A stretch of 63,923 nt of DNA, the filler included, from a candidate division TA06 bacterium SM23_40 (GTDB taxonomy: Bacteria; LJUI01; SM1-40), in NCBI GenBank assembly GCA_001303705.1. It is 4 parts of 4 records of this genome, joined end to end, with 100 filler letters (N's around TTAATTAATTAA, not from the genome) between each part and the next. Parts side by side here need not be neighbours in the genome. Positions count along the whole stretch, not along the records: positions 1 to 25,143 come from LJUI01000019.1; positions 25,244 to 32,972 come from LJUI01000121.1; 2 more parts are not named here. One strand, written 5' to 3'. Below are positions 18,745 through 26,932 of this stretch, piece after piece (the first letter of the stretch is position 1; each line of letters begins with the position of its first letter). The position numbers and the translations under genes are program-made. Below the pieces are notes generated by a model that saw only the letters and a program-made list of their open reading frames with translations, had not been told where the DNA came from and did not search any database.

Positions 18745-19797
18745 ATGGCAATGGAGCAAGATGTACAGCGTGCACTTAGACTGCTCGACGGAGCAGAATA
18801 TCGTGAAGTTGATGATAGACGGTGTGAGGTCATCCCCTCGGACACGTCCCATGCCGAACTTCTCGACGCCTATTCACGTGCAGTCATTGCAGTCGTTGGA
18901 ACAGTGGGACCGGCTGTTGTCAGCATCTCAGTCGGGAGAAAGTCGCGAGGAGATGGCCCAGAGCAAGCCGGGGCCGGCTCAGGGGTCATCATCGCGCCTG
19001 ATGGGTATATCATCACGAACAGCCACGTAGTAAACAAGGCAAAACGGCTGACGGCGACCCTCGCCGATGGCACGAGCCTGACTGTGACCCGCGTCGGTGC
19101 AGATCCTGCTACCGATCTGGCGGTCATCCGCGCCAATGCCTCGGGCCTGCCGTGCGCCACGCTGGGCGACTCCTCCCTGTTGACTCCAGGCCAACTGGTG
19201 ATTGCCATCGGCAACCCGTTTGGCTTCCAGTCGACTGTCTCGGCCGGTGTCGTGAGTGCACTTGGCCGGGCTCTGCGAAGTCTCGACGGACGCCTGATCG
19301 AAAACATCATCCAACATACCGCTCCCCTCAACCCCGGGAATTCCGGCGGTCCCCTCGTCGATTCGAGAGGACGGGTCGTCGGGATCAATACGGCCATCAT
19401 CATGATGGCCCAGGGAATCGGTTTCTCCATCCCCTCCGACACCGTCAAGTGGGTAGCCTCTCAGCTCCTGGCCCACGGCCGGGTGCGACGCGGTTTCCTC
19501 GGGATCGCTGCTCGGCAACGTCCCCTCGATCGCCGGCTGGTCCGGTTCTACCACCTCCCTCAGGAACGCGGGGTCGAGGTGCTCTCGGCAAATCAGGGGG
19601 ACCCGGCCGATCGGGCGGGCGTACGAGAGGGAGACATCATCGTCGCCATGGACGGCAAGACGGTGGCAAGCGTTGATGACCTCCACCGGCTCCTATCGGA
19701 GTGGCCCATCGGCGCCTCAGTGGCTCTCACAATCATCAGAGGAGTGGATCGAATCGAGATAGAGGTCTCGCCCACTGAAGCGGAGTCCTCCCATTAG
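18745..19797 (+). CDS. HtrA/DegQ-like trypsin serine protease with one PDZ domain
   Basis: ITNSHVV, TDLAVIR, LNPGNSGGPL, PDZ GVREGDII; ORF-track extension to 18382 is only the upstream repeat. Confidence 0.92.
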   Translation: MAMEQDVQRALRLLDGAEYREVDDRRCEVIPSDTSHAELLDAYSRAVIAVVGTVGPAVVSISVGRKSRGDGPEQAGAGSGVIIAPDGYIITNSHVVNKAKRLTATLADGTSLTVTRVGADPATDLAVIRANASGLPCATLGDSSLLTPGQLVIAIGNPFGFQSTVSAGVVSALGRALRSLDGRLIENIIQHTAPLNPGNSGGPLVDSRGRVVGINTAIIMMAQGIGFSIPSDTVKWVASQLLAHGRVRRGFLGIAARQRPLDRRLVRFYHLPQERGVEVLSANQGDPADRAGVREGDIIVAMDGKTVASVDDLHRLLSEWPIGASVALTIIRGVDRIEIEVSPTEAESSH

Positions 19798-20107
19798 CAG
19801 GCGCAACACGGGTTGCACTGCGGCCCGCATGAACTATCGTCCTATACCACTGGAAGGGACGCCGAGAACTCGCCCGCGCTCCACACCTTGACTCCGCCGG
19901 TCCCGGACCGGAGTGCATATTCTTGCCCTGCGCCGCACCCGGCCTCCAAAAAGAGATGAGCGCCTCGCATGAGGCGCTCATACCATATCACTCTATCAGT
20001 TCCTCGATATCAGTCTCGTGTACGTCTCCCGTACGTCCCCCTCTGTTCGCTAGCCGGAGGATCGGACGGGTACCCCGCACAGAGATGCCTGGATTTTGCC
20101 CGGCTGT

Positions 20108-21352
20108 CTATGGGCCCACCACCGTGACCCAGAACTGGTCCTTATCATACCGGGTCGCCGGCGGCACCCCGATCTTCGAGCGATAGCCGTACAGGCCAGG
20201 CCACGCGTTCGACGGCACGTTGTGATAGATATGCTGCTGCCACGTCTGCTGCGCTTGCAGCGTATATTGAGTCGGGCTCACAAGCTCCAGAACTCCTCCT
20301 GGCGGCAACAGTGCCTCGGTGAGCAGCCAGAACGGCTCAGCCTGTGTCCATCGGTTGATCAGCGTGTACGTCACACCCAGCTGCCCGCCCGGTGTGACGA
20401 CGGTAGTATCGGCCGTCAGGTAGATCGTGAGATAGTCATCTTGATTGAAGAAATGGGCCCCCATGTCGCAGCGAGTCCCGTCCGGGTCGAGCGAATCCGG
20501 GTGCCCGGCGTCTATGCAGGGCGACTCCCAGAAGAGGCGGAAGTCGCGCTTCTCGGCCAGCACAAACATCGGGTCCTCTTCTATGTTCCCCTCGCCAGGC
20601 CTGCCGCCCTCGATATCGGAGTAAGTGATATCGAGCGTGCTCCCCCCGGTCAGATACACTTCGGGGCCCGCGTTGGCCTCATCGCCCCAGAGAATGGAGT
20701 TGATGACTATGACCGAAAACGATACATTGCAGAAGATCCCGCCGCCCTTATCCGCCGTGTTCCCCGCAATCGTGTTACGATCCATGACCGGCGAAGACCC
20801 TTCGCAGAACACTCCACCACCATCGTATGGTGTCGAATTGCCCACGATCGCATTCCCCACGATAGTCGCAGTAGAGTTGTGAAGGCAGATACCGCCCCCG
20901 GCACCGCCGGCAACGTTGTCGATGAGAACGTTCCCGATAAAGGTCGGGGACGACCCATCACAGAAGACCCCACCACCACACGACTCCGGCCAGGGTCCGT
21001 AGGCGTTACCATTTCGTATCGTGAATCCCTGCACGACCGAGTTCGGGCCCTCCCCGCTGTGGAAGTAGAATCCCCGCTGTGCATCGCGTTGGTCTCCTCC
21101 ACAGTCGATGATCGTCGCCCTCGGCCCGTTCTTTGACATGACTACAACGGCCTTGCCCCCGAAGTCGATGTTGTAGTTCCCGAGGCCGGTGTACGTGCCG
21201 TCCGCCACGAGAACTGTATCGCCCTCTGCCGCCGCATCTATCCCTGACTGGATGGTAGCGTACTCATCCGGCACATGAATAACCGTCGCCGATGCGCCTA
21301 TCGCCAGCGACAGCACGAAGATCACATACACGAAACTCCTCAGCATCCCCAT
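20108..21352 (-). CDS. Exported parallel beta-helix (pectin-lyase-like/Pmp-repeat) protein with ~110-aa C-terminal Ig-like domain
   Basis: Signal peptide; IHVPDEYATIQSGIDAA..GDTVLVADGTY; GGG(I/V)xC repeats; SPCIDAG..DMGA. Confidence 0.85.
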   Translation of the reverse strand: MGMLRSFVYVIFVLSLAIGASATVIHVPDEYATIQSGIDAAAEGDTVLVADGTYTGLGNYNIDFGGKAVVVMSKNGPRATIIDCGGDQRDAQRGFYFHSGEGPNSVVQGFTIRNGNAYGPWPESCGGGVFCDGSSPTFIGNVLIDNVAGGAGGGICLHNSTATIVGNAIVGNSTPYDGGGVFCEGSSPVMDRNTIAGNTADKGGGIFCNVSFSVIVINSILWGDEANAGPEVYLTGGSTLDITYSDIEGGRPGEGNIEEDPMFVLAEKRDFRLFWESPCIDAGHPDSLDPDGTRCDMGAHFFNQDDYLTIYLTADTTVVTPGGQLGVTYTLINRWTQAEPFWLLTEALLPPGGVLELVSPTQYTLQAQQTWQQHIYHNVPSNAWPGLYGYRSKIGVPPATRYDKDQFWVTVVGP

Positions 21353-21785
21353 AACGCCTTCCTCCTTTTTCCACACATCTCTTCCCAACGACGTTCACAT
21401 CCGGCCGCTCCTAGGAGCGGCCTGCGGAGGCCGGTTCACTGCGGTCTCCTTCCGGGCGGGCCGGCAACGTCGACCGGCACCATCCAAGAGGTGGCTCTCC
21501 GCTCCCAGAGCTCCCTCGAACTCAGCAACCCTCCGGGTTCTCTCGAAACGAGTCGGTACTAGTGAGAAGGTTGCAGAGGATTTCCAGAGAGGCAATCACA
21601 TAGCAGGAACCTGCGAGGATCGCCACCTGCAACACGCCATTGCATGTTGACTCTACCACTCACACCGCCCCAAGAGCCCCCATTCAGGATTCAGGCCTCA
21701 CCCGCTCCCCACGACACACCACACACCCCCCTCGGACATCCTGTATGCGGAGAGAAGTGAGGCCGAACGGCTCACATGTTAGCCT

Positions 21786-21815
21786 ATCATACCACAACGT
21801 AATGTCTCTTGTCAA
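21786..21815 (-). promoter_or_regulatory. sigma70 promoter (extended -10) for 20108..21352
   Basis: TTGACA-N18-TATGAT with TGn on minus strand. Confidence 0.6.
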
Positions 21816-22103
21816 TAAAAACCCGAAAACCAGCCGCGCTGGCGGTCCGCCGCTCACCACCGTCCACGCCTGTGAACCGGCAGTCCTGAGCGGCAACTAT
21901 CTCAGGAAGCTCTCCCTCGAGCGGCGCGAACAGGCCAACCGAGGGCTCCGCTCTGCCTGAACTAGATCCGGCTGCTGATGCCCGAGATCCTCCCGATTGT
22001 GGCCGCCTGCCGCGAGGTCTCGCCATGGCGCTGCCGCATGACAAGCCGATCCGGCGATCGCCAGTTCGACGCCTCCTCGCTTGGACTCAGAGCAGACAGC
22101 GCC

Positions 22104-22721
22104 TTATGGATCTTCGCTGCTACCCGCCACCTCTTCGCGAGCTATCTGCTCCAGCGTCCGCCCGGTGAGCACGGATTCCGGCTCGGTACTGGTCGGCCTC
22201 CTGCGAGCGTCTGCCCATTCATCCTTCATCTTCACCAGCAACCAGCGCCTGTCATCTCCCCCTCCCGTGCGGACCAGGGCGTACCCGCCTCTCAGTTTCT
22301 TCCCGTCGAGCCAGATCTCAACCATGCCCTGCTCAATGGCCTGCTCCATGGAGGCTCCGTCGCCTTCCTTCTCCGCTCTCAGATTCCGATACGTTCCTGC
22401 ATCCCAGACAAGCACGGTTCCTGCGCCATATTCTCCGTCCGGGATGACGCCTTCGAACTCGGCATACTCGATCGGGTGATCTTCGGTCGGAACAGCCAGC
22501 CGCCTCTGACGAGGATCGGTCGAAGGTCCCTTGGGTACGGCCCACGACTTGAGCACGCCGCCGACCTCCAGCCGGAAATCATAGTGGAGCGTCCTGGCCG
22601 CGTGTTTCTGGATTACAAATATCGGCTGACCCGACGGTTCCCTCCCGCCTCCTGACGGCTCCGGCGAGCGGCGGAAGTCCCGTTTCTCCCGATATCTCTT
22701 CAGTTGTCGTCTACCTGCCAT
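22104..22721 (-). CDS. Stand-alone DNA ligase D 3'-phosphoesterase domain protein
   Basis: YREKRDF, FVIQKHAARTLHYDFRLE, KSWAVPKGPS, TEDHP, YGAGTVLVWD, WLLVKMKD. Confidence 0.93.
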   Translation of the reverse strand: MAGRRQLKRYREKRDFRRSPEPSGGGREPSGQPIFVIQKHAARTLHYDFRLEVGGVLKSWAVPKGPSTDPRQRRLAVPTEDHPIEYAEFEGVIPDGEYGAGTVLVWDAGTYRNLRAEKEGDGASMEQAIEQGMVEIWLDGKKLRGGYALVRTGGGDDRRWLLVKMKDEWADARRRPTSTEPESVLTGRTLEQIAREEVAGSSEDP

Positions 22722-22792
22722 TATCTGACTCCGGGAGCCGGATGATCAGCGCTCTCTCGATTTCGCCCCCAGGGATACCACAACAGAAAGGC

Positions 22793-22821
22793 TTGACATC
22801 GGTATTACGTTGTGTTACCAA
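22793..22821 (+). promoter_or_regulatory. Promoter and candidate RHH operator for regulator-znuACB
   Basis: TTGACA-N17-TACCAA with TG; heptamers GTATTAC (22802) and GTGTTAC (22812) 10 bp apart. Confidence 0.5.
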
Positions 22822-22851
22822 TGATTGAACCTTCAGGCGCGGAGGATATCA

Positions 22852-23130
22852 ATGCCCATCCAGAAGAAGCGGGAAGTGATCACTTTCAAGGTTGACGAAT
22901 CCCTGTCGGAGGCAATGCAGGGCATGCAAAACCGATCGGAATTCATACGGAGAGCGATCCTTGCGGCGCTCGACGGCGTCTGCCCGTTGTGCAAAGGGGC
23001 GGGGGTACTCACTCCGAAGCAGCGTGTCCATTGGGAAGCATTCAGCACGGACCACTCTCTTGCCGAATGCACTGACTGCCATGCGATCCACCTCGTCTGC
23101 CTGGCGGCAAAAGATGAGTCGACGCACTGA
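22852..23130 (+). CDS. CopG/ribbon-helix-helix regulator with Cys-rich metal-binding C-terminus
   Basis: VITFKVDESLSEAM...NRSEFIRRAIL RHH pattern, then CPLCKG and CTDCHAIHLVC; RBS GGAGGA. Confidence 0.8.
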   Translation: MPIQKKREVITFKVDESLSEAMQGMQNRSEFIRRAILAALDGVCPLCKGAGVLTPKQRVHWEAFSTDHSLAECTDCHAIHLVCLAAKDESTH

Positions 23131-23182
23131 GCGGTACGCAGAATCCGTACGTCGAGTATACATAAGAGCGAGCGCTTTGCCC

Positions 23183-24064
23183 ATGAAAAATGCGCCGGCC
23201 CTCATCCTCCTCGCGCTGGTGACGGCATCGCTCACGTGCCGGGCTCCGGACCGGGCAAGCCCCGTCGGCCAACGCCCCCTGGGCGTCTTCGTCACCCTAA
23301 TGCCCCAGGCCTATTTCGTCGAACGGATCGGTGGAGAACATGTCTCGGTGAGCGTTCTGGTTCAACCGGGACAGAGCCCGCACACCTTCGAGCTGACCCC
23401 CAGGCAGATGACCGCCCTCAGCAGTTCGGCGCTCTTCTTCACGATCGGAATGCCGTTCGAGAAGACGTTGGTGGAGAAGATACGGACCGAACTGCCGCAC
23501 CTCACCGTTGCGCAGGCCGACGACGGGATCGAGAAGCGCATCATGGCAACTCACGACCATGAACATGACTCTTCAGCACCCGATCCACACATCTGGATGT
23601 CTCCGCCGTTCCTCAGAACGATCGCGAAGAACGTAGCGAATGCGTTGAGACTGGCCGATCCTGATAACGCCCAGGACTACGCAGCCAATCTCGATGCTGT
23701 TCTAGTGGAGATCGACTCGACAGATGTCAGGATCAGGCAGATTCTCGAGCCGTACGAAGGCAGTTCTTTCTATGTCTTTCATCCGGCGTTTGGATACTTC
23801 GGAGATGCCTACGGCCTGAAGCAGGTAGCGATCGAGACGGAGGGCAAGAGTCCGACGCCCAAACAGCTGAATGGGCTGATCGGGAGAGCGAAGGCCGAGA
23901 AGGTGAGAATCATTTTCGTCCAGCCGCAGTTCGATAGGAAGGCAGCCCAGGCAGTTGCCGATGCAATCGGCGGCGCTGTCATCCCTATAGACCCACTGGA
24001 AAAAGACGTCTTGCGCAACCTGATCGAGATGGCCGCGAAGCTCGAGATTGCACTCACAGAGTAG
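23183..24064 (+). CDS. znuA: Zinc ABC transporter substrate-binding lipoprotein
   Basis: Lipobox-like SLTC, SPHTFE, His loop HDHEH, DPHIWMSP, FHPAFGYF. Confidence 0.88.
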   Translation: MKNAPALILLALVTASLTCRAPDRASPVGQRPLGVFVTLMPQAYFVERIGGEHVSVSVLVQPGQSPHTFELTPRQMTALSSSALFFTIGMPFEKTLVEKIRTELPHLTVAQADDGIEKRIMATHDHEHDSSAPDPHIWMSPPFLRTIAKNVANALRLADPDNAQDYAANLDAVLVEIDSTDVRIRQILEPYEGSSFYVFHPAFGYFGDAYGLKQVAIETEGKSPTPKQLNGLIGRAKAEKVRIIFVQPQFDRKAAQAVADAIGGAVIPIDPLEKDVLRNLIEMAAKLEIALTE

Positions 24065-24117
24065 GGTGGGGATCTCGTGCGAGAGGATTTTCCGCCAGTT
24101 CACCTACGGGACAGAAC

Positions 24118-24879
24118 ATGAGTACAGAAATGCCGGTCGTCCAGTTCAGAGATGTGAGCTTCTTCTATGGAGCCTCTCCTGTTCTCACTAATGTCACCTT
24201 CGCCGTGGAACCGCTGGCGTTGACCTACATCGTGGGCCCTAACGGTGGTGGCAAGACGACTCTGCTCAAGCTCATATTGGCACTCCTGCAACCTGACAGG
24301 GGTGAGGTGCGCGTCTTCGGGCAGCCACCGAACCGGGTGCGCCACCGTATCGGCTATACCCCCCAGCACCCCGGTTTCGATCCCCAGTTCCCCGTCACTG
24401 TCCTGGATGTCGTGCTCATGGGCCGGCTGGGCGGGCAATCCGGCGGGCCCTACTCGCAATCAGACAGGGCAGCTGCCCTCGGGGCAATGGAGCAACTCGA
24501 AGTGGATGGTCTCGGTGGCCGGCTCTTTTCTTCCCTGTCGAGCGGAGAGCGCCAGCGCGTCCTCATAGCGCGGGCGCTGGCAACCGAACCTGACCTCCTC
24601 CTTCTCGATGAGCCCACTTCAAACGTCGACGTCCACACAGAAAACAGGTTGCTCGACATTATCGGTCAGCTCAACAAACGGTACACTATTCTGCTGGTGT
24701 CACACGACCTGAGTTTCGTCTCAGATAGGATAAAGAGTGTCCTCTGTGTCAACCGTCAGGTCCGGTTCCATCCTACCAGTGACGTCACTGACGACGCAGT
24801 GAGGCAGATCTACCAAAGAGAGATGCGTCTCATACGTCACGACCTCTCTGTCGAACACCAGGAGCAGGCCGATGACTGA
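24118..24879 (+). CDS. znuC: Zinc ABC transporter ATP-binding protein
   Basis: GPNGGGKTT, IGYTPQ, FPVTVLDVVLMG, LSSGERQR, LLDEPT, VSHDL. Confidence 0.88.
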   Translation: MSTEMPVVQFRDVSFFYGASPVLTNVTFAVEPLALTYIVGPNGGGKTTLLKLILALLQPDRGEVRVFGQPPNRVRHRIGYTPQHPGFDPQFPVTVLDVVLMGRLGGQSGGPYSQSDRAAALGAMEQLEVDGLGGRLFSSLSSGERQRVLIARALATEPDLLLLDEPTSNVDVHTENRLLDIIGQLNKRYTILLVSHDLSFVSDRIKSVLCVNRQVRFHPTSDVTDDAVRQIYQREMRLIRHDLSVEHQEQADD

Positions 24880-25143
24880 ATTCCTCGGTGCCCTGACCGA
24901 TCCGAACATCCCGTTTCTGCGCTATGCATTTTACGCGGGTCTCCTGGCCAGCTTCGCCTTCGGCATCGTGGGGACGTACATCGTTACCCGCCGCATCTCC
25001 TACATCGCGGGCGCGATCTCTCACAGCGTCCTCGGGGGCATCGGCGCAGGACTGTACCTCCAGGCCGTACACGGTCTTGGTTGGTCTCACCCGATGTACG
25101 GAGCCGTGGCCGCGGCAATCGTATCGGCGATCATCATCGGCTT
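24872..25143 (+). CDS. znuB: Zinc ABC transporter permease, 5' fragment truncated by contig end
   Basis: GIVGTYIVTRRISYIAGAISHSVLGG. Confidence 0.85.
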
Positions 25144-25243
25144 NNNNNNNNNNNNNNNNNNNNNNNNNNNNNNNNNNNNNNNNNNNNTTAATTAATTAAN
25201 NNNNNNNNNNNNNNNNNNNNNNNNNNNNNNNNNNNNNNNNNNN
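25144..25243. other. Artificial contig linker
   Basis: N44-TTAATTAATTAA-N44 (stops in all frames), identical at three places. Confidence 0.98.
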
Positions 25244-25922
25244 CGACCGGCCCCATAAGGGGGTTTATAGGCACGGGCGTATGGTCGGGGAAGATACCGT
25301 CCAACAATGCGTGGAACGTATGGGCCTGCGTCCCCCAGTTCTTCAACGTCACGTCGAACTCCAACCCCCCTCCGGGAACGACGATCGGAGACTCGTCGGG
25401 CAATACTACAGAAATGTCAGACAGGTGAGCCTCAATGGCGTTAATGATCGCTGTCTGATTGTACCCTATGGCATCATAGATGACGACGAAGTTCCGGTCC
25501 GTGAGGGTGTTCTGAGGGATGTAGCCGTGGCTATACATCCAGTAGTACGTCGAAGGAGGCGGATCATGCACGACCGGATGTGTGAGATGGTGGGTTTGTG
25601 CCCAATACTGGGCGGCCTGGTAGGATTGCCGGGTCATGGCGAAGGCCCACACCCCGCGATCCCTGTACGCCTCCCAGATGTTAGCCTCTAGCAGAGGAGC
25701 CTCCTCTGCACATCCCGGTCAGGTCGTGCTGAACAGATTGACGAGAACGATCTTTCCTTGATAGTCATACAGGTTGTACGAGATCGTCTGCGACCCATCA
25801 AGCATGGTCCAGTTGACGGTCGTATCGCCGATGTTGTAGGCCAACGCTGGCGCAGGCCAGGTTCCGACGAGGGCAGCGACCATCAGGGCGGTCGCCGCCG
25901 CAATACAGTAACAGGTTCTCAT
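25244..25922 (-). CDS. Exported TlpA/peroxiredoxin-like redoxin selenoprotein (UPGC), 3' truncated; UGA at 25719-25721 read as Sec
   Basis: ORF-track pieces 25719..25922 and 25188..25652 are one frame: signal peptide, YNLYDYQGKIVLVNLFSTT-UGA-PGCAEEAPLLEANIWEAYRDRGV...GYIPQNTLTDRNFVVIY; RBS GAAAGGAGGAG; downstream hairpin. Confidence 0.85.
25673..25718 (-). promoter_or_regulatory. Candidate bacterial SECIS element
   Basis: Right after UGA: lower stem CCGGGAUGU/ACAUCUGGG; upper 8-bp stem GCAGAGGA-GGC-UCCUCUGC with G-containing loop ~17 nt 3' of UGA. Confidence 0.72.
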
Positions 25923-25990
25923 CTGACTCCTCCTTTCGGGTTCCTGCGGGAACTACCGACCCTCCGACTCGCCGGGAGCCGGACATATCT

Positions 25991-26019
25991 CTTGTACCAT
26001 AAGAATCCCGATTTGTCAA
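25991..26019 (-). promoter_or_regulatory. sigma70-like promoter of the selenoprotein gene
   Basis: TTGACA-N17-TACAAG with TGn on minus strand. Confidence 0.5.
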
Positions 26020-26151
26020 GCGCAAAATGCCGCTGCACCTGGATCTTGCCGCCGACAGCTGCTGACAGCGCATCGCCAGACCCTGAAGCCCCCCTGAACC
26101 CGATGTCAGCCCTTCCGGGCCCTGCACGCCTCCTGCTCTGCCGCGACCGCC

Positions 26152-26697
26152 CTATTCGCCGGAGCGGCCCACGTCCCCCCTGTCACGCGTTGGCTCCTCG
26201 ACCCCCTCTTCTCCCTCACATGTCTCCTCTTGCGGGTAGATCCCCTCGAGATATGCGAGCACCTCCCTGCGGTTATCTCCAAACCGGAGATATATGCCGC
26301 GGAAGTTCTCCAGCCGAGACGGCGTAGAGAAGGGGCTGAGGAGAACTCCGTTGGGATCGGGATAGAAATTCCGGTACACCGACCATTCTTTCTTGATCGT
26401 GTAGAAGGGGCGTTTGACCGTCACCCCCTCGTGATCGAACCGATACCTCGTCACCGTAAGGAGAGGGAAGAAGACCGATCCGCCGAGGAGGAGTACGGCA
26501 AAGATCACCCACCACGGCTCACGGTACACGAAGTACAACCCTACCCAGATCGCGATGATGAACAGAGTCATCCCCGCGGCACGGAGCGGTCGCTTCGTGA
26601 CGAGCCGCACACTCCACTCGAGCACCGATCCATCGGAATCTTCGTCGGTCGTGCCGGCTTCACGCGACTCGTCGCGGGTGACCTCTCGGGCGTCCAC
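26152..26697 (-). CDS. Hypothetical membrane protein (2 TM plus PH-like beta domain)
   Basis: Two TM helices then YRFDHEGVTVK...W...GVLLSPF...SRLENFRGIYL. Confidence 0.75.
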   Translation of the reverse strand: MDAREVTRDESREAGTTDEDSDGSVLEWSVRLVTKRPLRAAGMTLFIIAIWVGLYFVYREPWWVIFAVLLLGGSVFFPLLTVTRYRFDHEGVTVKRPFYTIKKEWSVYRNFYPDPNGVLLSPFSTPSRLENFRGIYLRFGDNRREVLAYLEGIYPQEETCEGEEGVEEPTRDRGDVGRSGE

Positions 26698-26932
26698 TCC
26701 TTCTATCGCCTCCCCTCATTCTATCGTCTCGTAACCTTCCTCCCTCCCTTGTGTTCCCCGTCGGCCGGCAGTCAGCCCGCCGCGTGCATTCCTATCGTAT
26801 GTTCGTATCATTTGACCCCATGAGAGATATCTCGTACGCTAGCTCACTGCCGGAACTGGACCCTCGCTGATGGAAGTCATGATGAAACTGCCGGAAAAGC
26901 CTGGAGCTGCTGCCTCACAGGGTCATATGATA

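Noticed and set aside
25144-25243. TTAATTAATTAA palindrome within N runs (also 32973 and 58596), and apparent znuB-selenoprotein adjacency
   Set aside because: Identical 100-nt artificial contig joins; ORFs and neighbourhoods crossing them are not real.
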